64,000 nt of DNA. Source: an uncultured SAR86 cluster bacterium. GTDB taxonomy: Bacteria > Pseudomonadota > Gammaproteobacteria > Magnimaribacterales > D2472. The translations under genes and the position numbers were made by a program. A model generated the notes under the pieces. The model did not search any database. It was not told the DNA's origin and worked only from the letters and a program-made list of their open reading frames with translations. Positions 49,156 to 57,384 of this stretch are shown here, one piece after another. Every line of letters begins with the position of its first letter. Positions within the stretch are counted from its first letter, which is position 1. Location: assembly GCA_902538705.1 (NCBI GenBank), contig CACBGD010000004.1, positions 6,056 to 70,055 on the forward strand, written 5' to 3'.

Positions 49156-50613
49156 TTACCAAGAAACAACTTGATTTCGTTGGAACTTAATCCTTTTTCC
49201 AACCCATTCTTCGTTCTTCAAAACATTTATAAATTCTTGTTTATTTGAGGTAACAACTTTCCTATGACAATCTTCATCTTCAAGGTATAGTACCGCGATC
49301 ATATTTTGATTATTGTTTTCAAAAAATGTATAACCAATTATTTTCCCATCTCCATGCAGTTTTGATGACAAATTAAAGGGAGTCTCTTTTGATATGACTT
49401 TTTTTGTAACATCAGAATGAATAAATCTCTCCTTATATTTATTACCCCAAACACAAAAGGATTGCTTAGTCATCATTCCAGAGACACCTGTAACTAAACC
49501 ATAATTTATTTCATTTGCTCTAATCTTTTTTATCATTTCAACAGATGAATGAAGAACATAGCTATTAAGAGGACCTCCCGCAAATGGCATAGAGCCTGTG
49601 ACAGTAAGAGGTTCGCGATCTTCAATTTTTAATGAATCTTTGAACATTCTTACAGCCGCAGGAAAACAGCTATATAAGTCATAAGCATCGATATTAATTC
49701 CTAATTTTTTGATATAACTCTTAATCATTTTTGCAGCATAATTCATGCCATAAGACTCGAATAGTTTTGGTCTTTGTTGAACAGATATCATATGATTATT
49801 TTCGGTTGATGCTATCGGATAAACTCTCTGGCTGGTGTCTATCATAAGCTTGTCTGCAATCTTTTCACTACAAATAATAAGAGCAGCTGATTGGTTAACA
49901 TTCCAACTTGTACAATGGAGTTTGTTATAGGGATATGCCATTAACTTATTTTTTTTAGAATCAAAGATAATTTCCTTTTCTGAGAAAGATTCATCCGTCC
50001 AAGCATTTTTATTTTTAAGAGCCAAATCAGAAAATTGTTTGTATTGTTTCCCAATTTTTTCTTTATGCTCTTTAATTTCTTCATTGTGTGCTTTCCTAAG
50101 AGCAGTCTCGATTACTGCATAATAACCAACTGCCATTGCGCCCAAAGCTTCCAATTCTTCGTCACCATATAAGTCTTCCTTGGCTTTAATATAGAAGTCA
50201 GGATTTTCTTCAAGTTTTTTCTCTTTGAAAGATTTTTTTTCTATTTTTGATCTGAGATTTTTATACCTTGCTTCACCTCCCACAATTAAAGATGCTTCTA
50301 TCTCACCCTTTTCAATTTGAAGACATGCTTCATTGATGAGATTCTGTTGTAAGACACCAATTTTTGTTACATAGGTGGTTGGATCTTTTTTAAAATTATT
50401 ATTTTTCGCAATCCATTTACCAGGATCTCTATATTTCCAAAAGCCTTTTGGAATCCTTATTTCATCAACATAATTTTTAATAGATTCGTTACCAACATCT
50501 TTGATGGCAGATTTAGTAGCCTTATCCATTAAGATCAACGCTTCATCAAGTTCTTCGAAATTACCTTTTTGTTGAATTGCGGCGACACCAACTACAACCG
50601 GCCTATTTTTCAT
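49156..50613 (-). CDS. Thiolase-like protein (TLP1-like; no recognisable catalytic Cys/His/Cys) with an extra C-terminal domain
   Basis: Thiolase-fold landmarks are present (VVVGVA, IVGGEA, SAALII, DLYSCFP, FAGGPL), but Cys is absent at the expected nucleophile and C-terminal CxG positions. There are about 100 extra C-terminal residues. Confidence 0.5.
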   Translation of the reverse strand: MKNRPVVVGVAAIQQKGNFEELDEALILMDKATKSAIKDVGNESIKNYVDEIRIPKGFWKYRDPGKWIAKNNNFKKDPTTYVTKIGVLQQNLINEACLQIEKGEIEASLIVGGEARYKNLRSKIEKKSFKEKKLEENPDFYIKAKEDLYGDEELEALGAMAVGYYAVIETALRKAHNEEIKEHKEKIGKQYKQFSDLALKNKNAWTDESFSEKEIIFDSKKNKLMAYPYNKLHCTSWNVNQSAALIICSEKIADKLMIDTSQRVYPIASTENNHMISVQQRPKLFESYGMNYAAKMIKSYIKKLGINIDAYDLYSCFPAAVRMFKDSLKIEDREPLTVTGSMPFAGGPLNSYVLHSSVEMIKKIRANEINYGLVTGVSGMMTKQSFCVWGNKYKERFIHSDVTKKVISKETPFNLSSKLHGDGKIIGYTFFENNNQNMIAVLYLEDEDCHRKVVTSNKQEFINVLKNEEWVGKRIKFQRNQVVSW

Positions 50614-50618
50614 AGAGA

Positions 50619-51404
50619 TTAATTATTCTTTGGGATTGAAGACATAGCGGATGTATTAAATCCTGCATCTACGTAAGTAATTTCTCCAGTAATGCCACTT
50701 GCTAAGTCAGAACATAGAAAAGCAGCAACATTTCCAACTTCCTCAGTTGTTACAGTTCTTCCAAGCGGAGCCCTATCTGCATACTCAGTGAGCATACTTC
50801 TAAAATTTTTAACCCCTGAAGCTGCAAGCGTTTTTATTGGACCTGCTGAAATAGCATTTACTCTTACACCCTTTTTTCCAAGTGAGGCAGCTAAAAATCT
50901 TGTATTAGCCTCAAGGCTAGCTTTTGCAAGACCCATAACATTGTAATTAGGTAGTGATTGAATGGATCCAAGATAAGTTAAAGTTAAAAGAGCTGCATTT
51001 TCACTTAGTATAGGAAGAGCTGCCTTTGCAAGGGCAGTAAAGCTATATGAACTTATGTCATGAGCGATTTTAAAACCTTCCCGTGTTGTAACTTCAGTAA
51101 AATCTCCTTCCAACTGATCTGTTGGTGCAAAACCAATAGAATGAACCAAACCATCGACTTTTCCCCATTTTGTCTTTATTTCGGAAAAAGCTTCATCAAT
51201 GGAATCATCTGATGAAACATCACACTCTACTAATGTTGCAACTCCTAACTCCTCAGCAATTGGCTTAATTCTCTTAAGAAGTCGCTCGTTTTGATATAAA
51301 AATGCAAGTTCAGCACCATTTTTAGACATTGATTTGGCAATACCATTTGCAATAGAAAATTTATTGGCTATTCCTGTAATTATGATTTTTTTATTTTCAA
51401 GCAT
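50619..51404 (-). CDS. fabI: Enoyl-[acyl-carrier-protein] reductase (NADH) FabI
   Basis: ITGIANKFSIANGIAKSM, Y..MG.AKASLE (Tyr/Lys), NAISAGPIKTLAAS. Confidence 0.93.
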   Translation of the reverse strand: MLENKKIIITGIANKFSIANGIAKSMSKNGAELAFLYQNERLLKRIKPIAEELGVATLVECDVSSDDSIDEAFSEIKTKWGKVDGLVHSIGFAPTDQLEGDFTEVTTREGFKIAHDISSYSFTALAKAALPILSENAALLTLTYLGSIQSLPNYNVMGLAKASLEANTRFLAASLGKKGVRVNAISAGPIKTLAASGVKNFRSMLTEYADRAPLGRTVTTEEVGNVAAFLCSDLASGITGEITYVDAGFNTSAMSSIPKNN

Positions 51405-51485
51405 TTTAATTTGTCAAGTGTTGATTATAAGGCAATAAAACATATGTTTACATTCTTTTAAATATTTGTTTATATGGTCACATAA

Positions 51486-51504
51486 ATGTCACAATTTGTG
51501 GCAT
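51486..51504. promoter_or_regulatory. Candidate operator: 19-nt near-palindrome upstream of the second TonB-dependent receptor
   Basis: ATGTCACAA-T-TTGTGGCAT, 8 of 9 positions per half-site complementary. A further GTCACA copy lies at 51477-51482. It sits 29 nt upstream of the ATG, next to a TATATATA stretch. Confidence 0.3.
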
Positions 51505-51532
51505 AACTTTATATATATAAAAGGGGAAAAGT

Positions 51533-54304
51533 ATGAATATACTAAAACTTAAATACTTTCTCGCATTAACTTTGACACTTGGGTTGTTCAATTTTGATAT
51601 TGTTGCTCAGGATGAAGATGATGTTGAGGAGGTAATTGTTACTGGATCGAGGATCTTGAATGATGAATTCTCATCCTCAAGCCCAGTTACAATAATTTCT
51701 GAAGAAGACATTCTTTCTGGTGGTAACGCCAGTGTGGATGAATTTCTTAAGTACACTCCTGCCTTTACAGGTTATCAACTTGGTACATCTACCAATAATG
51801 GTGGTGATGGATCAAGAAAGGTTGACCTCAGAGGTCTTGGCTTCAACAGAACTCTTGTTCTAGTTAATTCTAGAAGAGTTATTGGTGATGTTGGTGGAGA
51901 TGGTGCTGTTGATGTTGGTGGTATTCCAGAAATCATGATTAAGCGAGTTGAAGTTCTTAAAGATGGAGCGTCAACTACTTATGGTTCTGATGCTATTTCA
52001 GGTGTCGTAAACTTTATTCTCGATGACGAGTTTGAAGGACTAAAAGTTTCAGCTGGAATGGGTGAGGGACTAGAAAATGGACAAGCTGCTAATGAAGACT
52101 TCGGTATTATGGCTGGTCTTAATGCGGATAGAGGAAATGTTGTATTTGCTGTTGGTTATAAAAATCAGGGTGAGATGCTTCAAGCAGAGCAACCTTGGGC
52201 AGTTGATGCTTTATATCCTCAAGTCCAAGCTGACGGAACAATTACAGCTGTAGGTTCAGGTTCATCAAATTCAAGAAGAATTAGAGTTCCTGACTACGGT
52301 AGTTATATTTATGACGAAGATTTAGGAGCTGCAAGACCATTTGTAGCGCCTGGTGATGTTTATAATTATGCTCCAGTAAATGCACTAATTACGCCAAATG
52401 AGAGAACTCAAATGGCAGTAATGGGTGAATTAGAAATTGTTGATGGCGTGGATTTCTATTTTTCAGGTATGTACAACAGAAGATATTCGCATCAAAGACT
52501 CGCACCAGATGCATCTTTTGGAGTTAGCTGTTCTGTAGAAACACCTAATAATGGTACTCAGTGTAATGACTATGTGCCTGCTAATAATCCATATAATCCA
52601 TTTGGGAGTGTTAATTGCTCAAATGACTTAGATTTATGTGATATAGGTGTAAGAATCAATAGACGTTTTGAGGAATCTGGTGGAAGATTATTTGAACAAA
52701 CAGTCGATAACTATAGCCTCGTTGGAGGTGTTACATGGTTGATGGGTGGATTTGTTCATGATGTCTCACTCACTTTTGGTGAAACAGAGCAAGTTGACGA
52801 AACACTTAACTATGGTCGTTTTGACAGATGGGCCATTGCGGTCGATCCAGAAGCCTGTGCTGCAAGTGCAGCATGTCCAGGTGTCTTAAATCCATTTGGA
52901 AACTTCGGGAGCATTACTCCTGAACAAATGTCTTTCTTAACAGCAGGATCATTAAAAGATCAGTCTGGTGCAGATTTTGACATGTTTTCATATGTAATTT
53001 CATCTGATAACTTCGCTATTGGTTTTGAGAAAAGACAAGAATATGGTTATTTCAAACCAGATGAGTTTAGTGCTGAGGGCCTAACAACAGGTGGTGCATC
53101 CGCTCCGCTTAGAGGTGGATTTAGTGTTAATGAGGTATTTGGTGAATACTTAATGGATGTTAGTGATGATCTAAATATGGATTTATCTGTTAGATACTCT
53201 GACTATGACACTGTTGGATCAGCAACGGTATTTAAAGTCGGTGCAGACTATACAATTAATGACAACATGAGGCTAAGAGCAACATATGGAACTGGTTTCA
53301 GAGCTCCAAATGTTTCAGAGTTAAACACTGATGCAAGTACAAGTTTTCCAGTTATAGATCTTCCATGTCAAATGGGTGATAGAAGACTTGCAGCAGGACT
53401 TATTTCTCAAACTGTCTATGATAATTGTCAAGCGCTTGGATTTAATACAACCGATGCAGGTGAGTATGGATTTGGATGGCAGTCATATCATGAGTACTAT
53501 GCTGATGGTGACTTAGCGCCAGAAGAGTCAACAAACCTCTCTATTGGATTAGTGATGGAGGATGTTTTAATTGATGGCCTATCATTGGCAATTGATTACT
53601 GGAATATTGAAATTGATGAAGTAATTGCTCTGCCAATTGCTAACTTAATTTTCAGAGATTGTCTTTCACAAACTGTAATGGATTTCTCAACTGGAAGTTG
53701 CGGATTGTTCATAGACTATGGTTTAAATGATGATAGTGCCTTCGGTCCAAATGGAATGTATTACTTCAGCTATCCAGGAGATATCGAAACACCTTGGGGT
53801 AACCAGGGAACATTCTCCTCTGATGGTATAGACATAAGTGCTTCCATGTCTGGTGATCTTGATATGGGTAACATATCTGGTTATGTATTGTCATTTGATG
53901 CAACTATGCATAATTCATACGAGCAAGAATTCACTTTCGGTGGATCTTATGACTATGTTGGCACAGCAGATGGTTTTGCTGTCTATCCTGAATTCAGATA
54001 TGTTCTTTCAGCTGGCTTACAGGGTGATAACTGGACTTCAGTTATGAACTTAAGAGGTGTTAGCGAATCTGATGATGTTTGGAGACCAGCAGTAACAACT
54101 GCAGATGCGAAAGCTGAAGCTATTACTTATGTTGATGCTGTTACTACATACGATTATGGTAACGCTACATTCAGATTTGGTATAAACAATTTAACTGACG
54201 AAAATCCTCCTTATTTCCATAGTAATTTCAATGGAAATACTGAGCCGGGCGTATATGACGTTATTGGTAGAAGGGCCTTTGTTAGTGTAGTTATTTCATA
54301 CTAA
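51533..54304 (+). CDS. TonB-dependent outer-membrane receptor
   Basis: Signal peptide, EEVIVTGSR, plug motif RVEVLKDGASTTYGSDAISGVVNFIL, a beta-barrel, and a C-terminal aromatic residue (VVISY). Confidence 0.92.
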   Translation: MNILKLKYFLALTLTLGLFNFDIVAQDEDDVEEVIVTGSRILNDEFSSSSPVTIISEEDILSGGNASVDEFLKYTPAFTGYQLGTSTNNGGDGSRKVDLRGLGFNRTLVLVNSRRVIGDVGGDGAVDVGGIPEIMIKRVEVLKDGASTTYGSDAISGVVNFILDDEFEGLKVSAGMGEGLENGQAANEDFGIMAGLNADRGNVVFAVGYKNQGEMLQAEQPWAVDALYPQVQADGTITAVGSGSSNSRRIRVPDYGSYIYDEDLGAARPFVAPGDVYNYAPVNALITPNERTQMAVMGELEIVDGVDFYFSGMYNRRYSHQRLAPDASFGVSCSVETPNNGTQCNDYVPANNPYNPFGSVNCSNDLDLCDIGVRINRRFEESGGRLFEQTVDNYSLVGGVTWLMGGFVHDVSLTFGETEQVDETLNYGRFDRWAIAVDPEACAASAACPGVLNPFGNFGSITPEQMSFLTAGSLKDQSGADFDMFSYVISSDNFAIGFEKRQEYGYFKPDEFSAEGLTTGGASAPLRGGFSVNEVFGEYLMDVSDDLNMDLSVRYSDYDTVGSATVFKVGADYTINDNMRLRATYGTGFRAPNVSELNTDASTSFPVIDLPCQMGDRRLAAGLISQTVYDNCQALGFNTTDAGEYGFGWQSYHEYYADGDLAPEESTNLSIGLVMEDVLIDGLSLAIDYWNIEIDEVIALPIANLIFRDCLSQTVMDFSTGSCGLFIDYGLNDDSAFGPNGMYYFSYPGDIETPWGNQGTFSSDGIDISASMSGDLDMGNISGYVLSFDATMHNSYEQEFTFGGSYDYVGTADGFAVYPEFRYVLSAGLQGDNWTSVMNLRGVSESDDVWRPAVTTADAKAEAITYVDAVTTYDYGNATFRFGINNLTDENPPYFHSNFNGNTEPGVYDVIGRRAFVSVVISY

Positions 54305-54323
54305 AAAGTACTGAATCAATTTT

Positions 54324-54348
54324 AAGGGGGCTTTAGCCCCCTTTTTTT
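54324..54348 (+). terminator. Rho-independent terminator after the TonB-dependent receptor
   Basis: AAGGGGGC-TTTA-GCCCCCTT followed by TTTTT. Confidence 0.8.
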
Positions 54349-54420
54349 ATTCTTTGTATTGAAAAAGTTCAGATATTAATGTCTAATAGCTGCTTCATTT
54401 TATAAAGGACTATCTTTAAT

Positions 54421-54825
54421 ATGCTAACTAAAGCCAAACTTTTAAGAATGCCAGCAAAGAAATATATGGCAAAAGAACAATTAGAATTTTTTACAGCCCA
54501 ACTCACAGAACAGAAAGCTGAAGCCCTCAGCGAAATAGAGGATGCTAGGCAAAGACTAAGAGTCCCACCAGAGTGTAAAGATGAGGCTGATAGGGCATCT
54601 TTTGAAATGGATTCCCAGCTGTACCTAAGAATTGTTGATAGAAAATCAAAACTTGTTAAGAAAATTGACTTTGCACTAAGACGAATTAAGACTGGCGAAT
54701 ATGGCTATTGTATGGAAACAGGAGAGGCCATCGGCATACAAAGGCTTTTAATTAGACCAACTGCTGAATTTTGTGCGGACATAAAATATATCAATGATGA
54801 TCAGGAAAAACACTTCGCAGAATAA
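54421..54825 (+). CDS. dksA: RNA polymerase-binding transcription factor DksA (two-cysteine, DksA2-like form)
   Basis: Coiled-coil tip DEADRAS (DxxDxA). C-terminal YGYCMETGEAIGIQRLLIRPTAEFCADIK aligns to the E. coli YGYCESCG...CIDCK finger, with Thr and Ile replacing the second Cys of each pair. Confidence 0.88.
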   Translation: MLTKAKLLRMPAKKYMAKEQLEFFTAQLTEQKAEALSEIEDARQRLRVPPECKDEADRASFEMDSQLYLRIVDRKSKLVKKIDFALRRIKTGEYGYCMETGEAIGIQRLLIRPTAEFCADIKYINDDQEKHFAE

Positions 54826-54860
54826 ACTCATCAAGTTAATTCCCCTTCAATAAATAAATA

Positions 54861-54889
54861 TTTACTTCAAAAATATAGTTAGGTAAGAT
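54861..54889 (+). promoter_or_regulatory. Candidate promoter for the tRNA-Ala (and aroK) unit
   Basis: TTTACT (54861-54866), 17-nt spacer, TAAGAT (54884-54889). This is the same -10 hexamer as the tRNA-Pro candidate. The tRNA 5' end is at 54902. Confidence 0.3.
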
Positions 54890-54901
54890 TTAGAATCTTT
54901 T

Positions 54902-54977
54902 GGGGCTATAGCTCAGTTGGGAGAGCGTCTGGCTGGCAGCCAGAAGGTCAACGGTTCGAGCCCGTTTAGCTCCACCA
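54902..54977 (+). tRNA. tRNA-Ala (anticodon GGC)
   Basis: GGGGCTA/TAGCTCC acceptor with a G3:T70 pair, CTGGCAG anticodon loop, encoded CCA. Very similar to E. coli alaW/alaX. Confidence 0.9.
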
Positions 54978-54985
54978 AATTTATT

Positions 54986-55495
54986 ATGAAAACTAAAAAG
55001 TCAATATCATTAATAGGCATGGCTGGAACGGGAAAATCAACGATAGGTAATAAACTTGCTCAATATTTAGGATTTAATTTTATCGATAGCGATTTATTAA
55101 TTGAAAAACAATATAAAAAATCATTACAAGAAATCTTAGTCGAAAGAGGTAATAAATCTTTCAAAGATATTGAACAAAATAATTTGATGTCAATAAAGTT
55201 CAATGATCTTGTTTTAGCTACTGGTGGAAGTGCCATATTCTCTGAATTAGCAATGAGCTATATCAGTAAAGAATCTACTATTATTTTCATAGAATCATCT
55301 TATAAAGATATCATTAGTCGCGTTCCTGATTTTTCTGAAAGGGGGTTCTTAAAAAAATCAGAACAAAATATTAAAGAAGCATTTGCTGAAAGAGGTCATC
55401 TATACAAATATTATGCAGATTTCACCGTTCAAAATAATGCGGAAATTGATCAGTGTATCGATAAAATATTCGAAATTATTGATAAAAAAATATGA
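54986..55495 (+). CDS. aroK: Shikimate kinase
   Basis: The start was moved to MKTKKSISLIGMAGTGKST (Walker A), because the track ORF N-terminus is the tRNA-Ala sequence. Contains DSD..IE and LATGGS motifs. Confidence 0.8.
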   Translation: MKTKKSISLIGMAGTGKSTIGNKLAQYLGFNFIDSDLLIEKQYKKSLQEILVERGNKSFKDIEQNNLMSIKFNDLVLATGGSAIFSELAMSYISKESTIIFIESSYKDIISRVPDFSERGFLKKSEQNIKEAFAERGHLYKYYADFTVQNNAEIDQCIDKIFEIIDKKI

Positions 55496-56598
55496 TTAAC
55501 AAAATTTATTTTTTAATGACTTTATTTTTAGTAACGTCTTGTGGCAGTGGAGGTAATTCTGTAAATAATATTCAAAATAATGATGCAGTAATTAACCTCT
55601 CTGCAAGTTTAGATGAACAGTTGATTACCAGATATACAACTCTGAGCTGGGAAACAGACAATGTTAATTCATGCACAGCTTCTGGAGATTGGTCAGGAAA
55701 CAAACCATTAAATGGATCATCTGAAGTGCAGGTTAATAGAATAGGGATTAATACTTACACCTTAAATTGTAGCGGAGAAAATGGATCCATAAGCTTATCT
55801 GTAAGTGTAATTGGATACATTATTGAAAGAAAAATAATTCAACAATCAATTAATGGGACCATCCAAGATAGAGAGTTTTTTATAAGATACCCTGAAAATC
55901 CTATCGAAATCACTTATCCGCTTGTATTCATTTTTCATGGTGCAGGTGGAAACGGTGAAGATGAGCTTAATAGACATCAAGCTATTCTAAGCTTAATTGA
56001 TGCAGGTGAATTTGTGGGTATTTTTCCTTCTGGATATCAGAACAAGTGGAACGTTAGCAATGAAACTAGCGCAGATGATGTTGATTTCTTTAGAATTATC
56101 ATGAATGAAATTAGTTCAAATACACTTTTTGATTTTGAAAAAGTCTATGGCATTGGCATTTCTAATGGCTCTGGAATGGTAAATAAAATCGGAAAAGAAA
56201 CCTATGCTTTAAAGGGTATTGCTCCTTTAATCAGTCAACAAACTGTTGAAACCGGCAATACTATTCCCGAGGGAGTTTTATCAGTTTTTCAAGTGAATGG
56301 AGATAGCGATAATACGGTACCTGTAAGTGGCGGAATAGGTGTAGCTAATACAAACTTTATGTCTGCTAAAGCAAGCGCAGAAAATTGGGCATTAAATTTT
56401 AGTTGCTCAATGGATCCAGAAGCAGAAATTCTTGAATGGGGTATAAGGACCGTAAATGCATTCACATTCTCAGGCTGTCTTCAAAACAATGAAGTAAAGT
56501 ACTTTATCGTTGAAGATTCTGGTCATACTATCCAGTTTGGAGAAGGGGCAAATCTATTTAATCAAATATGGAATTTTTTCAAAGCTACAGGGAATTAG
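55492..56598 (+). CDS. Predicted lipoprotein: N-terminal Ig-like domain plus alpha/beta-hydrolase (PHB-depolymerase/LpqC-type esterase-like)
   Basis: Lipobox LVTSC. Contains YPLVFIFHGAGGNG, nucleophile-elbow-like GISNGSGM, and later NGDSDNTVP and DSGHT. Confidence 0.55.
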   Translation: MINKIYFLMTLFLVTSCGSGGNSVNNIQNNDAVINLSASLDEQLITRYTTLSWETDNVNSCTASGDWSGNKPLNGSSEVQVNRIGINTYTLNCSGENGSISLSVSVIGYIIERKIIQQSINGTIQDREFFIRYPENPIEITYPLVFIFHGAGGNGEDELNRHQAILSLIDAGEFVGIFPSGYQNKWNVSNETSADDVDFFRIIMNEISSNTLFDFEKVYGIGISNGSGMVNKIGKETYALKGIAPLISQQTVETGNTIPEGVLSVFQVNGDSDNTVPVSGGIGVANTNFMSAKASAENWALNFSCSMDPEAEILEWGIRTVNAFTFSGCLQNNEVKYFIVEDSGHTIQFGEGANLFNQIWNFFKATGN

Positions 56599-56600
56599 AT

Positions 56601-57350
56601 TTACTTTCGACTATTGAGCATTTTCCATGCTTTAGAGGTTATATCCATTCCAAGAAAAGGTCTTATTAGTTTATATGCTAGACCTGGAATAATGGTATTC
56701 TTTCCAGCTTTAGAAGCTTTTTCAGTCATTTTTACAACCTTTTCAGCAGATACCCACATCCAAAAAGGTATTTTCTTTTCGAGATGATCAAGACCAGCTC
56801 TTTTGTGAGCATTTGTTTTTACATATCCAGGCAGTGAGATCGTGACAGAAATATTATCATTTGCTAGCTCCTCTCCAATTGATCTTCCATAAGAATAAAT
56901 ACCAGACTTTGCAGATGCATAAAGTGAAGATTTAGGCATTGGTGTTACTGCCCCTATACTTGATATGATGACAATCCTTGAAGCATCTTTCTCTTTTAAT
57001 CTTGGTACCAATCCCTCAATTAAATCAATTACTCCTCCACACAGAAGATAATATAGTTCATCTCTTTGCAATGAAGAGCTTTCACCAGCTTTGCTCATTA
57101 GAGTTATTCCAGCATTAGCAACGACAAGATCTGGACAATCTACTTTATCAAGCAGCTCTAAAACAGAATCTTTCTTTGAAAGATCAAAATGATAATAGTT
57201 ATTACTACTATTATGAAAGAACTCTCTGGCTTTTTTTGATCTTTCTTCGCTATGAGAAACTAAATCTAAAGACCAACCATTATGGTTTAAATACTTTGCA
57301 TACTCAAAACCAATTCCTGAAGAAGCTCCTGTGATTAATGCTTTTTTCAT
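56601..57350 (-). CDS. SDR family oxidoreductase
   Basis: The start was moved to MKKALITGASSGIGFE (TGxxxGIG). Catalytic YASAKSG (YxxxK). Confidence 0.85.
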   Translation of the reverse strand: MKKALITGASSGIGFEYAKYLNHNGWSLDLVSHSEERSKKAREFFHNSSNNYYHFDLSKKDSVLELLDKVDCPDLVVANAGITLMSKAGESSSLQRDELYYLLCGGVIDLIEGLVPRLKEKDASRIVIISSIGAVTPMPKSSLYASAKSGIYSYGRSIGEELANDNISVTISLPGYVKTNAHKRAGLDHLEKKIPFWMWVSAEKVVKMTEKASKAGKNTIIPGLAYKLIRPFLGMDITSKAWKMLNSRK

Positions 57351-57384
57351 CTTTATTTTTTTATTTAAGATTATAATCTTTTTT

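Noticed and set aside
54917-54985. N-terminal extension of the aroK track ORF. The same reasoning applies to ORF 18775-18960.
   Set aside because: Both are translations of tRNA-Ala and tRNA-Asp sequence. The real aroK start is the ATG at 54986, immediately before the Walker A motif.
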